Program-made: the position numbers and the translations under genes
Assembly (NCBI GenBank): GCA_965140705.1
Contig: OZ223301.1
Span: forward strand, 274,490-338,489
Direction of reading: 5' to 3'
From: an uncultured Arcobacter sp.
Lineage (GTDB): Bacteria; Campylobacterota; Campylobacteria; Campylobacterales; Arcobacteraceae
Length of the DNA stretch: 64,000 bases
The notes under the pieces: generated by a model
What the model saw: the letters and a program-made list of their open reading frames with translations, nothing else
What the model was told of the DNA's origin: nothing
Database searches by the model: none
Shown: one piece after another, positions 50,376 through 60,552 of the stretch
How the letters are laid out: the number at the start of each line of letters is the position of its first letter
How positions within the stretch are numbered: the stretch's first letter is position 1

Positions 50376-50975
50376 TTATACTCTTTTAAACTCTTCAATT
50401 AACTTCAACGTTTCTAAATCTTTTGGTGTTCCTCGTTGTTTTAAATGGCTTATTACTCTTTCATATCTCTCTTTTGTAAAGGCTTGTCCTAATTTAAATT
50501 TTGCCTTTGTTTGCTCAGGTATAAGTTTATATATGCAAGTTGCAGTGATGATTTTTTCATACATAGAATCATGTAGTGGTGTATAGTTTCCCTCTTTTTG
50601 ATATTTTTTCATCAAGGCTTCTAGGGCTTGGGCTTTTTCATTATAATCTTCTACAAATTCAATTTTACCGTCGATAATTATAGATTTAAAAAGGTGTGTT
50701 GCAGGTGCTGCATTTCCCGTATCTGTACTAAAATAAGATGGAAGTAGAGAATAAGCTTCTACTACTGAAAAACTTGCATTTGCATTTTTATTTATATAAT
50801 CTATTTTTTTACCCTTTTTTGCCCCATGAAAAAATATCTCATTATCAAATTCTACGAAATTAATAGGAAGGGAGTAGGGTTTGTTATTTGTACATAAAGC
50901 AAGAGTTCCATACTCTGCCTTATCTAAAACTTCTTTTATTAGTTTTTCATCTGTTATTTCTACAATTTTTTGCAT
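50376..50975 (-). CDS. Pyridoxamine 5'-phosphate oxidase-like flavin-binding protein (NimA-like)
   Basis: GTLAL..PYSLPINF..FFHGAKKGKK, FKSIIIDG, KAKFKLGQ. Confidence 0.85.
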   Translation of the reverse strand: MQKIVEITDEKLIKEVLDKAEYGTLALCTNNKPYSLPINFVEFDNEIFFHGAKKGKKIDYINKNANASFSVVEAYSLLPSYFSTDTGNAAPATHLFKSIIIDGKIEFVEDYNEKAQALEALMKKYQKEGNYTPLHDSMYEKIITATCIYKLIPEQTKAKFKLGQAFTKERYERVISHLKQRGTPKDLETLKLIEEFKRV

Positions 50976-50984
50976 TTTTTTACC

Positions 50985-51566
50985 TTAACTTTTTATCCAG
51001 TCAAATTGCATTTGTTTTGCAGTTTTGTTTGCCAATTCTAAATTCTTTATTTTTGAAACAAGGTGTAAACTCATATCAATACCTGCAGAAATTCCAGCAC
51101 TTGTGAGTATATACCCTTCATCTACCCATCTAACATTTTCAACTACATTTAGATTTGGATAATCATTTCTTAAATCAGGAATATTTTCCCAATGTGTTGT
51201 TACTGTGTGATTTGTAATAATTTTTGCCTCGGCTAATAAAAAAGCACCTGTACAAACAGAGGCTACTATTTTTGTATTTTTTGATTGCTCTTTTATCCAG
51301 TTTATTACAGTTGTTTTTTTTACTTCTTCTGTATGCACTCCACCAACTACAATTAGGACATCAGTTTGAGGTACATTTTCAAAATTATAGTGTGAGTTGA
51401 TTTTATAATTACCTCGTGCTGTAATAGTAGGCTCTTTTTCACTTATCAAAAAAACATTAAATTTTTCCTTCTCATCTAAAAATCTAGAAGCCACAGAAAA
51501 AACTTCAAAAGGTCCAGAAAAATCTAAAACCTCGGCATTATCATAAATATAAATACCTATGTTCAC
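50985..51566 (-). CDS. DJ-1/PfpI family protein (InhA-like)
   Basis: EVLDFSGPFEVF, SVCTGAFLLA, TTHW, TSAGISAGIDMSL. Confidence 0.92.
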   Translation of the reverse strand: MNIGIYIYDNAEVLDFSGPFEVFSVASRFLDEKEKFNVFLISEKEPTITARGNYKINSHYNFENVPQTDVLIVVGGVHTEEVKKTTVINWIKEQSKNTKIVASVCTGAFLLAEAKIITNHTVTTHWENIPDLRNDYPNLNVVENVRWVDEGYILTSAGISAGIDMSLHLVSKIKNLELANKTAKQMQFDWIKS

Positions 51567-51577
51567 TTTAATCTCCT

Positions 51578-53155
51578 TTAGCTTACAGTTAATTTTATAT
51601 CTTGAAAAGTTGCATTAGTGCCACAATCACTTATTTCATTTGAGGTGAGTCTATTTACTTGCTTATTACCTGCATAGATTAATATAGAATTTGAATATAT
51701 TCTTTCATCATTTTTTACTTTAATTTGTATAGAATCAATTTTAGATGATATTGTTACTAATTGATTATCAGCAAACCCTTTACTTGGATGAACATAAGCA
51801 TAATCATCATATTTAAATTGTGAGTTCAAAGTATCTGTATTTTTAGAGGTGATAAGATAAAACTCATCATCTTTTAAATCTAATAGTTCTACATTTTTTG
51901 TATCATGGTTGATAAAGTTTATATCTGGTTTGTCGTTAATTTTAGTCTTAAAGCAATCAAGATATTCATCTTCACTAAGAAGTCCATCAAAACCAAACTC
52001 TTTGAACAAATATGAAGTAAGATCATATTCACTTATAGCATAATCATTCTCTTCGCATATTTCACAAAATGTAACTTCATCATGTCCATAACTCGCTCTC
52101 ACATCTCTTTTTTGTAAAAAAGTTTTTGCAGGGATGATTATATCTGCGTATTTTGAAGTTTCATTTGCAGTTGTACCCATAAATATTACAAAGGTATTTT
52201 TCAAAGACTCTATAAGATATTGAGTGTTTGGTGCAGATACTACAGGGTTTGCAGCTTGTATAAATACTACATCATAATCATCAAATTTAATATCAGCATA
52301 AGTACATGTTTTAGTAGGTTTTACAGAGATTTTATTTTCAAAAGGATATGTACCACTTCCTAAATACCAAACGCCTCTGTTTTTACCATCAAAAAGATTT
52401 AGTTTATTAAAAACTTTATCCATCTCATGGATTATAATTGCACCCTCTTTATATTTTTGAGCTCCAATTCCAATCATTGCTGATACTTTGTTTTTAGTTA
52501 ATAGTTCTATTGTTTTATTAAACTGTTCTTGTGTGATATTGAGTTTATTTAAATCATTTATATTAATATCTTCATTATCTAAAGCTTTTTGTAATAATTT
52601 TGCTAAAAGATAATCTCCTTTGGGAGGTATTTGTAAAAAGACTTCAGATTTTTTAGCTATTGGTGTTTTTACTGGGTCAATAGTGATAAATATTTTGTCT
52701 TTAACAAGTTTATAAATATGAGCTGATGTTTGTGTAAAATTTCTTCCCCAAACTAAAATCACTTCACTTGCTTGAAGGTCTTGAATATTTGGGTTTATAC
52801 TATATTTTCTACCCATTTCTATACCAGCTTCACCTCCAGCACAGCAAATATCACCAACTGCAAAGGTAGCACCAACTTTTTCAAAAAACTTCATTGGTAC
52901 TTTTTGCATAACACCCATATTCCCAGTGCCTTTGTAGTATAAAATCTTTTGATTAGGTTCTTTCAATTTATTTGCAACTTTTTTTAGTGTTTCATTTAAA
53001 TTTTTATCAATAATATTTTTTTCTTGTATAAGATATGCAAAGTTTTTACAAAGTTTTTTGTTTGTGATATAGTCATCACTTGGTTTACAGGTACCATCTT
53101 TATATACAACTTTACAAGCATCAAAACAATCCATTGGACATGCTGTTAATTTCAT
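51578..53155 (-). CDS. Compact molybdopterin-dependent oxidoreductase (DMSO reductase superfamily)
   Basis: TACPMDCFDAC...LC Fe-S motif, DICCAGG, VWGRN, NPVVSAP, TSKYADIIIPA, C-terminal LNSQF...VHP. Confidence 0.82.
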   Translation of the reverse strand: MKLTACPMDCFDACKVVYKDGTCKPSDDYITNKKLCKNFAYLIQEKNIIDKNLNETLKKVANKLKEPNQKILYYKGTGNMGVMQKVPMKFFEKVGATFAVGDICCAGGEAGIEMGRKYSINPNIQDLQASEVILVWGRNFTQTSAHIYKLVKDKIFITIDPVKTPIAKKSEVFLQIPPKGDYLLAKLLQKALDNEDININDLNKLNITQEQFNKTIELLTKNKVSAMIGIGAQKYKEGAIIIHEMDKVFNKLNLFDGKNRGVWYLGSGTYPFENKISVKPTKTCTYADIKFDDYDVVFIQAANPVVSAPNTQYLIESLKNTFVIFMGTTANETSKYADIIIPAKTFLQKRDVRASYGHDEVTFCEICEENDYAISEYDLTSYLFKEFGFDGLLSEDEYLDCFKTKINDKPDINFINHDTKNVELLDLKDDEFYLITSKNTDTLNSQFKYDDYAYVHPSKGFADNQLVTISSKIDSIQIKVKNDERIYSNSILIYAGNKQVNRLTSNEISDCGTNATFQDIKLTVS

Positions 53156-53243
53156 ATTCAACCTTTTATTTTATTTGTGATAATATATCATTTATCTGTA
53201 CTTAAGACAAGTGTCAAAATATTTACAAAATAGGAGGACAGTT

Positions 53244-54611
53244 TTGTATTTTATTGATAAAAATAGTAAAACACCTTTACATATTCAGTTATATGAAGAG
53301 ATAAAAAAAGAAGTAATCCATAATCTAAAAGTTGGCGATAAACTCCAATCCATAAGAAAAGTTGCCATAATATATAACTTAAGTAAAACTAGTGTTGAAG
53401 GTGCATATTCTCAACTTGTCGCAGAAGGCTATATTGATAGTTATCCAAAAAGTGGATACTTCGTAAGTGATACAAATTATAGAAATTTTAATGATGATAG
53501 TATTATTGCTATTGAAAATGAACAAAAAGCTGATAATTTTATTTATAATTTTTATCCAGCAAGATTGGAAAAGGACTCTTTCCCTCTTAAATTATGGAAA
53601 AGAATTTTTAATAAAGCCATAGATGAGAGACTTGATTTTGGTGGATATTCTGATGGACAAGGAGAATATGGCTTAAGAGATGAGATTGCTAAATATTTAA
53701 TAGAATCTAGAGGTGTAAAGTGTAATGCTAGCCAAGTTATTGTTTGTAATGGATTTGATGATTCCTTAGGATTAATAATTAGACTTATAAATAAAAAATA
53801 TGATACTTTAGCAATAGAACACCCTGGTTATCATATAGCTAGAAAAGTTTTTGAATCAAGTGAGTATAAAATAAAAAAAATACCAGTTGATAAAAATGGA
53901 ATTGATTTAAAAGAACTAGAAAAGTCAAAAGCAAAATTAGTTTATATTACTCCGTCTCATCAATATCCTACGGGAGTTGCTATGCCCATATCAAATAGAT
54001 TGAGACTTTTAGATTGGGCAGAAAAAAATGAAGCATTAATTATTGAAGATGATTATGATAGTGAATTAACATATGAAACTAGACCAATACCTGCTTTACA
54101 AGGTTTAGATAGTTTTGATAGGGTTGTTTATGTAGGAACATTTTCTAAGTCTCTTTCCCCTGCTATTAGAGTTAGTTATTTAGTTGTTCCAAGATTTTTA
54201 TTAAAAGAGTTTAATGATACTTTTGAATCAAGAGTAAGCTTATTTACACAAAAAACTTTGGAAAAATTTATGAGTGAAGGTCATTGGGAACGTCATTTAC
54301 GGAAAATAAGAACACTCAATAAAAAGAAACATTATCTCATGAAAAAAGTACTTGAAGAAAAATTAGGCACAACTGTGAAAATAGTAAATCAAGGTGGAGG
54401 TTTAGCTATACATATTAGTCCAAAAGTTTCTTTTGATTGGGATAAATTAGAAAAATTAGCAATAAAAAATAAAATAAAACTTCATTATGCAAAAGAGAGA
54501 GCAGGAGGAGAGTGGCAAGCTCTAATGATGGGATTTGGCGGATTTAAAGAAAAAGAGATAGAAGAAGCAGTAAGTGCTTTTTCTAAGATTTGGCATGAGT
54601 GTATATTATAA
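53244..54611 (+). CDS. MocR/GabR family PLP-dependent transcriptional regulator
   Basis: GntR HTH (LQSIR...AYSQLVAEGYI), then TPSHQYPTG, IIEDDYDSE, GTFSKSL. TTG at 53244 follows GGAGG. Confidence 0.93.
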   Translation: MYFIDKNSKTPLHIQLYEEIKKEVIHNLKVGDKLQSIRKVAIIYNLSKTSVEGAYSQLVAEGYIDSYPKSGYFVSDTNYRNFNDDSIIAIENEQKADNFIYNFYPARLEKDSFPLKLWKRIFNKAIDERLDFGGYSDGQGEYGLRDEIAKYLIESRGVKCNASQVIVCNGFDDSLGLIIRLINKKYDTLAIEHPGYHIARKVFESSEYKIKKIPVDKNGIDLKELEKSKAKLVYITPSHQYPTGVAMPISNRLRLLDWAEKNEALIIEDDYDSELTYETRPIPALQGLDSFDRVVYVGTFSKSLSPAIRVSYLVVPRFLLKEFNDTFESRVSLFTQKTLEKFMSEGHWERHLRKIRTLNKKKHYLMKKVLEEKLGTTVKIVNQGGGLAIHISPKVSFDWDKLEKLAIKNKIKLHYAKERAGGEWQALMMGFGGFKEKEIEEAVSAFSKIWHECIL

Positions 54612-54612
54612 T

Positions 54613-55278
54613 CTAGTTTTGTAAGATTTTAAAATACTCCTCCCTAGATATCTCTTTTGCTCCTAAGCTAGCAAGATGGTCATTATGGACTTGGCAATCT
54701 ATTATTTTGATACCATTTTGTTTTGCTTGCTTGCATAGGTGATAAAAGGCTACTTTTGAAGCATCTTTTTCTAGGGAGAACATACTTTCCCCACAAAATA
54801 CGTCACCAATGAGTAAACCATAAAGTCCACCTACAAGTTTTTCATCTAAATAACACTCTATAGAAAAGGCATATTCAAGGTGAAAAAGATTTGTATAAGC
54901 TTGTATAAACTCATGGCTTATCCAAGTGCTATCTTCATGTTTTCTTTTTATATTGGCACATGATTTTATAACATCTTCAAATCGTTCGTTTGATTTTATT
55001 ACAAAACCTTTGTTTTTTATTACTCTTTTTAGACTTTTTGTTAACCTAAACTCTTCAGGGTATAAAATCATTCTTTTTTTTGGGCTAAACCAATGAATGT
55101 AATTGTATTCATCAATAAACCAAGGAAAAATTCCATTTTGATAGGCATTGATTATTCTTTGAGGATGAAAATCACCACCAATTGCTACTAAGTCATCTTT
55201 CATCATATTTAATGTCGGAAAATCGAAGTTATTATCATCGAGAAGGTAAATTTTTTCTTTATCATCTAATAGTTTCAT
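54613..55278 (-). CDS. aat: Leucyl/phenylalanyl-tRNA--protein transferase
   Basis: GGD, AYQNGIFPW, STWI, LVGGLYG, FCGESMFS, IDCQV. Confidence 0.95.
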   Translation of the reverse strand: MKLLDDKEKIYLLDDNNFDFPTLNMMKDDLVAIGGDFHPQRIINAYQNGIFPWFIDEYNYIHWFSPKKRMILYPEEFRLTKSLKRVIKNKGFVIKSNERFEDVIKSCANIKRKHEDSTWISHEFIQAYTNLFHLEYAFSIECYLDEKLVGGLYGLLIGDVFCGESMFSLEKDASKVAFYHLCKQAKQNGIKIIDCQVHNDHLASLGAKEISREEYFKILQN

Positions 55279-55359
55279 AAGCAAAATGTTATCTCAATTT
55301 CACTAAAAATTATCATCAAATGGAATAGATTTGGATATAATTGAAAAAAAAGGAAAAAA

Positions 55360-55719
55360 TTGAAAAAAACTTTTAAACTACAAGTAGAAAATAAAAAAAC
55401 TGAACGAGTAGTAGAATCAATAAAAAATGAGATAAGAAAATATATAAAAAGAGAGCAAAGAAAAGCTTTACCAGAAGATAAAAACTATTGGTTTTTCGAT
55501 TGTAAATTTGCAAAAGGTGATGAAACACCAGTTGAAATACCACTTTCTCATGTAATAAAATCTATTGATTTAGCAGCAGCTGATAATTGTGAAACTTTTT
55601 ATTTAGAGATTATTGCAAGAGCAGAATTTAGAAAAGAGAAACAAAGAGTTCAATCTTTAGATGAGAAAAGTTCTGAAGAAATAGATAAAAATGAAGAGAT
55701 AAACGAAGAGGATATTTAA
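55360..55719 (+). CDS. DUF6172-like protein
   Basis: MKKTFKL...IKNEIRKYIKRE.RK.LP...WFFDCKF...FYLEIIA. Confidence 0.7.
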   Translation: MKKTFKLQVENKKTERVVESIKNEIRKYIKREQRKALPEDKNYWFFDCKFAKGDETPVEIPLSHVIKSIDLAAADNCETFYLEIIARAEFRKEKQRVQSLDEKSSEEIDKNEEINEEDI

Positions 55720-56577
55720 TTATCCTCTCTTTAAGACTATCTCTCCTACGTTCCTAGATATAGTATTTGCTACAACATTACACTTCACTTTAAATAAAAA
55801 AAAGATTTTATTATCTTTATATGATTCTAAGCACTCAAAATTACCCATACCCTTTGATAGTACTAGTGGTGTTTTGTCAAAGAGTTCCATAAACTCTTTT
55901 GAAGCTCTACTTTTATCTAATCCAGGAGTGTCAACACCTGAACTAATAACTTGGCAATATTTATCAATACCACTTTGTAAAGCCTCTTTTGTAGTGATAT
56001 CATTTATTATTGCTTTTCCTCTTGTGGCATAATGTATTTTGATATTTGGATATAAGCTTACTATTGTTTTAACTAAAACTTTATCAAATACATTCTCTCC
56101 TGCATTATCTGCTAGGATAATCAAAGAGTCGGTTTTTTCTAATTTTTCTTTAAATATTTCATAATCATTTATTGAAAAATTTGTTTGAAAGATAGAGTTT
56201 ATTTCATCATCCAAACTAAACTCTTTTGTTGTTGCAAAATCAATTACATTACCAGCAACTGCAGCTTTTATAGCTGTAAAAAGTTTATCATCACTAGAAG
56301 AGATTTTTTTTTCTATTAGTGGTAAGTAGGTAGTGGCTTTTTTGATAGATTCTTGTTTTAAAGTTTTTAATGGGTCTTTTAAGTTTGTCTTATGACCTAA
56401 ATATTCATAAACTTCTTTAGCCACAAAAGGAGGTGATTTCTCAAAATCAAAATCCAAGGCTCTTTTTTTTACTTCATTATTTATCTCATTTGATAGAGGA
56501 ACATCTAGCTTTAATAGTTTTGTTGCCTTATCTATTTGACCAACTATACACTCAACACAATCTTTTGTTATATTCAT
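55720..56577 (-). CDS. DUF89/ARMT1-like damage-control phosphatase
   Basis: CVEC, AGNVIDF, DNAGENVFD, INDIT, SKGMGNFE. Confidence 0.9.
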   Translation of the reverse strand: MNITKDCVECIVGQIDKATKLLKLDVPLSNEINNEVKKRALDFDFEKSPPFVAKEVYEYLGHKTNLKDPLKTLKQESIKKATTYLPLIEKKISSSDDKLFTAIKAAVAGNVIDFATTKEFSLDDEINSIFQTNFSINDYEIFKEKLEKTDSLIILADNAGENVFDKVLVKTIVSLYPNIKIHYATRGKAIINDITTKEALQSGIDKYCQVISSGVDTPGLDKSRASKEFMELFDKTPLVLSKGMGNFECLESYKDNKIFFLFKVKCNVVANTISRNVGEIVLKRG

Positions 56578-56745
56578 TTTTCAACTTTTATATTTTTTGT
56601 AATTATAGAAAAATTTTCTTTATATATAGTAATATCTTATTGCTTTAATAAATAATAATTCATTTTTAGATATTATTCGAGGATAAAAAAGCAAGAAAAT
56701 ATTTCTTCTTTTCTCTCTTTTTAAAATTATTACATAGGATTTGAT

Positions 56746-58044
56746 GTGGGTTTTTTTAAATTAAAAAAATACAATACAAATGTCAAGACTGAGTTCACTG
56801 CTGGGTTAACGACATTTTTGACGATGATGTATATTGTCCCAGTAAATGGATTTATACTTGCAGATGCAGGTCTTCCAATGGATGCAGTTATTACTGCCAC
56901 TGCTTTAATTACTATTCTAGCTACAATTTTTTCAGGTCTTTGGTCAAATACTCCAATCGCTATGAGTGTAGGAATGGGATTAAATGCTTATTTCTCATAT
57001 GGTTTAGTTTTAGGGATGAAAATACCTTGGCAAACAGGGTTAGGTATAGTTTTTCTTTCTGGTATTTTATTTGTTATTTTATCTTTTACAAATTTTAGGG
57101 TTTGGATTATGACGTCTATTCCTCTTAATTTAAGAAGAGCAATTAGTGCAGGTATTGGTACTTTTATTGCTTTTATTGGTTTAAAACAAATGGGTATGAT
57201 AGTTGCTAGTCCTGCTACTTTAGTTACTTTAGGTGATTTTACAAAAGATACTGTTTTATTAGGTACTTTTGGTTTGATTTTAACTTTTGTTTTATTCGCT
57301 TATAATTTAAAAGGTGCTTTTATTTTGTCTATTCTTATAACTTCAATAGTTGGATGGATATTTGGTATTGGAGCAGCTCCTACAACATTATTCTCAAGTC
57401 CCGCATCTATTTCACCAATATTTTTCCACTTAGATATTATGAGTGCAATTAGTTTGTCACTTTTACCTGTTATTATTACATTTTTAGTTACTGATATGTT
57501 TGATACTCTAGGTACTTTGACAGGTGTTGGATCAAGAGCTAATCTTTTTCAAGAGAATAATAAAGATGATAAATCTTTACAAAAAACACTTGAAGCAGAT
57601 GCAATTGCAACAGTCGCTGGAAGTTTATTGGGTGTTTCGACAACTACCTCATTTGTTGAAAGTGCTTCAGGGGTAGAAGCTGGTGGACGAACAGGATTAA
57701 CAGCTGTTTTTACAGCTCTTTTATTTATAACAACTCTGTTTATGTTACCACTTTTTAAATCCATACCACCAAATGCAATTTATCCTATTTTGGTAGTTGT
57801 TGGAGTATTGATGTTTAGTGAACTAGGAAAAATAAATTTTGAGAAAGTGGATTTTGCAACTTCAGCAGCAGCTTTTTTTATAGTTTTACTTATGCCATTG
57901 ACTTATTCGATTACAAATGGTATATCAGCAGGTTTTATTGTTTATACAATTATAAAATTAGTTAAAAAAGAGACAAAAGATATAAATATTGGAATTATCC
58001 TTTTAACATTTATTTCTTTATTAGTTTTTATATTAAGAGGTTAG
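56746..58044 (+). CDS. NCS2/AzgA family purine permease
   Basis: EFTAGLTTFLTMMYI, GMGLNAYF, DMFDTLGT, ESASGVEAGGRTGLT. Confidence 0.93.
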   Translation: MGFFKLKKYNTNVKTEFTAGLTTFLTMMYIVPVNGFILADAGLPMDAVITATALITILATIFSGLWSNTPIAMSVGMGLNAYFSYGLVLGMKIPWQTGLGIVFLSGILFVILSFTNFRVWIMTSIPLNLRRAISAGIGTFIAFIGLKQMGMIVASPATLVTLGDFTKDTVLLGTFGLILTFVLFAYNLKGAFILSILITSIVGWIFGIGAAPTTLFSSPASISPIFFHLDIMSAISLSLLPVIITFLVTDMFDTLGTLTGVGSRANLFQENNKDDKSLQKTLEADAIATVAGSLLGVSTTTSFVESASGVEAGGRTGLTAVFTALLFITTLFMLPLFKSIPPNAIYPILVVVGVLMFSELGKINFEKVDFATSAAAFFIVLLMPLTYSITNGISAGFIVYTIIKLVKKETKDINIGIILLTFISLLVFILRG

Positions 58045-58047
58045 AAA

Positions 58048-58497
58048 TTGCAAGAAAAATATTATTATGGATATGATGAGTTCAAGGAAGATACTCAAAT
58101 TTTAGTGGATAAGTGTAGAGATTATGAGCCTGAAATTTTGTTGGCAGTTGCAAGGGGTGGGCTTACATTATCTCACCTTATGGGACAAGCATTAAACATG
58201 AGAAATGTTTTTTCTCTTAATTCTATCCACTATGAAGGGGAGTTGAAACTAGACACATTTAATATTTTTAATATCCCTGATGTATCACATGCTAAAAGGG
58301 TTTTAGTTATTGATGATATTGTTGATAGTGGCGAAACTATGAGAGAAATTTTAAAAAGATTAAGAGAAAAATTTCCCCATACAGAATTTAAGTTAGCTAC
58401 AATATTTTATAAACCAACTGCATGTATAAGTGCTGATTATTCAGTAAAAATTGCAGATAAATGGATAGAATTTTTTTGGGAAGTTGATATTATATAA
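58048..58497 (+). CDS. Purine phosphoribosyltransferase (Gpt-like)
   Basis: VARGG, PRPP motif VIDDIVDSGET, WIEFFWE. Follows the purine permease. Confidence 0.88.
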   Translation: MQEKYYYGYDEFKEDTQILVDKCRDYEPEILLAVARGGLTLSHLMGQALNMRNVFSLNSIHYEGELKLDTFNIFNIPDVSHAKRVLVIDDIVDSGETMREILKRLREKFPHTEFKLATIFYKPTACISADYSVKIADKWIEFFWEVDII

Positions 58498-58545
58498 TAT
58501 ATTTAGTATATAATTTATATATATTTAGTATATATTTAGTATAAT
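58498..58545 (+). promoter_or_regulatory. Phased direct repeats overlapping a -10 box
   Basis: TATATTTAGTATA at 58498, 58520 and 58531; TATAAT at 58540-45. Confidence 0.55.
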
Positions 58546-58572
58546 TTTATTATTAATAAAATAGGAGAATAT

Positions 58573-58842
58573 ATGACCTTTATAGATTTTAAAAAACTTC
58601 TTTTGGATGCTGAATTAACAATTCCAAAGTTTACAGCACTTATAAAAGTGAGTGAAAAAAATATACAAGCTTATAAAAAGAAAAAAGAAGTTCCAAACGC
58701 TATTGCTGTAGTTGCTGCATGTTTTGCAAAGATGAACCAAGATGGTGTTGATTTTAAAGAGATCATAGAAGAGCTAGATTTAAAGAAAAAAGAGAAAAAA
58801 GGTGCTGGTTTTTCTGCTTCTAAAGATAAATCAAAAAGTTAA
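58573..58842 (+). CDS. Small XRE/Cro-like HTH protein with basic tail
   Basis: FKKLLLDAELTIPKFTALIKVSEKNIQAYKKKKEVP resembles a Cro/XRE HTH. AGGAG RBS. Confidence 0.65.
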   Translation: MTFIDFKKLLLDAELTIPKFTALIKVSEKNIQAYKKKKEVPNAIAVVAACFAKMNQDGVDFKEIIEELDLKKKEKKGAGFSASKDKSKS

Positions 58843-58889
58843 TTAATTTTTTTTAGATATACTTCCCAATAAAATTTTGGGAGTATATT

Positions 58890-59291
58890 ATGTTTATTAC
58901 AAAACACACAAAAAACTTTTTAGTTATTGCTTCATTTATGATGGCACTTGGAGTTGCTATTGGTGCTTTTGGTGCACATGGCTTAAAAGCAACTACTGAT
59001 GAATCACTAATGGCAATCTTTCATACTGGTGTTCAATACCATTTTTTTAATTCAATTGCACTATTTGGTGTGGCACTTATCACCTATTTTTTACCAAATT
59101 CAAAACAAATCGTTATTTCAGGATATTTACTTATCTTAGGTACTTTACTTTTCTCTTTTTCTTTGTATTTGTTAGTTTTATTAAAACTTTCTTGGATTGG
59201 AATAATAACTCCATTTGGTGGAACTTTAATGATTATTTCATGGGTAATTATTGCATTTTCTATAATAAATGAGTTAAAAATAAAAGAATAA
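58890..59291 (+). CDS. DUF423 (YgdD/TMEM256) membrane protein
   Basis: GAFGAHGL, TGVQYH, GTLLFSFSLY, ITPFGG. Confidence 0.9.
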   Translation: MFITKHTKNFLVIASFMMALGVAIGAFGAHGLKATTDESLMAIFHTGVQYHFFNSIALFGVALITYFLPNSKQIVISGYLLILGTLLFSFSLYLLVLLKLSWIGIITPFGGTLMIISWVIIAFSIINELKIKE

Positions 59292-59370
59292 AAGAGATAA
59301 TTATATTCTCTTAACAATCATTACATAAAAATTCTATATAATATGATAAATTATTATAATAGGAGACAAT

Positions 59371-59871
59371 ATGGCAGTAAAAGAACATGCATTTGATATT
59401 TCTGCAAAGCTTGATATGCAAGAGATGAAAAATGCAGTTATACAAGCACAAAAAGAGATAGAAAATAGATATGACTTCAAAGGTTTAAAAGCAGAAATTG
59501 ATTTTAACCAAGGTGCTAAAACTATTACTTTAATCTCTTCAAGTGACAATAAAGTTGATGCTATGTATGATATATTAATTTCAAAGATGAATAAAAGAGG
59601 ACTTTCTATAAATTCACTTGATGAAGCAAAAAAAGAAGATAGTTCGGGTGGAAATAGAAAATATGTTTATGCTATAGTTGATTCTATAAAACAAGATGAA
59701 GCAAAACAAATTCAAACAGAGATAAAAAATTTAAAATTAAAAGTAAAAGCTGTAAATCAAGGTGATGAGATAAGAGTTACTGGTAAAAATATTGATGATT
59801 TGCAAACTATTATGAAACATCTAAAATCAATGGATTTTAAATCACCACTTGTTTTTGATAATTTCAAATAG
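59371..59871 (+). CDS. yajQ: YajQ family nucleotide/c-di-GMP-binding protein
   Basis: FDIS, KEIENRYDFKG, QGDEIRVTGKNIDDLQ, FDNFK. Confidence 0.93.
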   Translation: MAVKEHAFDISAKLDMQEMKNAVIQAQKEIENRYDFKGLKAEIDFNQGAKTITLISSSDNKVDAMYDILISKMNKRGLSINSLDEAKKEDSSGGNRKYVYAIVDSIKQDEAKQIQTEIKNLKLKVKAVNQGDEIRVTGKNIDDLQTIMKHLKSMDFKSPLVFDNFK

Positions 59872-59886
59872 TAAATAAGGCAAAAG

Positions 59887-60552
59887 ATGAGAGTTTTACT
59901 TTTAGAGGATGATTTAGCATTAAGTGATATTTTAAATGATTATTTGGTACATAAAGGTTATGAAGTAAGCTTATGTACTAAAGGTGAAGATGCCCTAGAA
60001 CAACTAGTTGATAGTGTGTATGACTTTGCTATTCTTGATGTAAATACTCCTACTATGTCAGGACTAGATGTATTAAAACATATTAGAAATGACTATAAAA
60101 GCCAAACCCCAATTATTATTATCACTGCATACCAAGATACAAAGCATTTAAAATCTGCTTTTGAACTTGGAAGTGATGATTACATAAAAAAACCTTTTGA
60201 TCTAGTAGAATTAGAACAAAGAATAAACAAACTTTGTAGATATTTCTCTCTTGGAACAAGTGATGAAATAAAAATTGATACTAATATCTCTTTTTTTCCA
60301 GAAGAATCTTTAGTTGTAGTTGATGATAAAAAAATTAGACTGGCTCAAAAAGAAAAAGAGATTTTGAAATATTTTGTAACCCATTCAAATAGGGTTATTT
60401 CTTCTGAAGAATTATTACAAAACATTTGGCAATATGACGAACAACCAACGGATGCAACAATAAGGGTTTATATAAAGAATCTTAGGGAAACTTTAGGAAA
60501 AGAGAAAATAGAGACTATACGAGGAATAGGGTACAAATTTGAACAAAAATGA
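59887..60552 (+). CDS. OmpR family response regulator
   Basis: LLEDD, ILDVNTP, DDYIKKPF, winged helix ETIRGIGY. Confidence 0.95.
   Translation: MRVLLLEDDLALSDILNDYLVHKGYEVSLCTKGEDALEQLVDSVYDFAILDVNTPTMSGLDVLKHIRNDYKSQTPIIIITAYQDTKHLKSAFELGSDDYIKKPFDLVELEQRINKLCRYFSLGTSDEIKIDTNISFFPEESLVVVDDKKIRLAQKEKEILKYFVTHSNRVISSEELLQNIWQYDEQPTDATIRVYIKNLRETLGKEKIETIRGIGYKFEQK

Noticed and set aside
56578..56745. Purine riboswitch upstream of the NCS2 permease
   Set aside because: None of the conserved purine aptamer joining sequences are visible.
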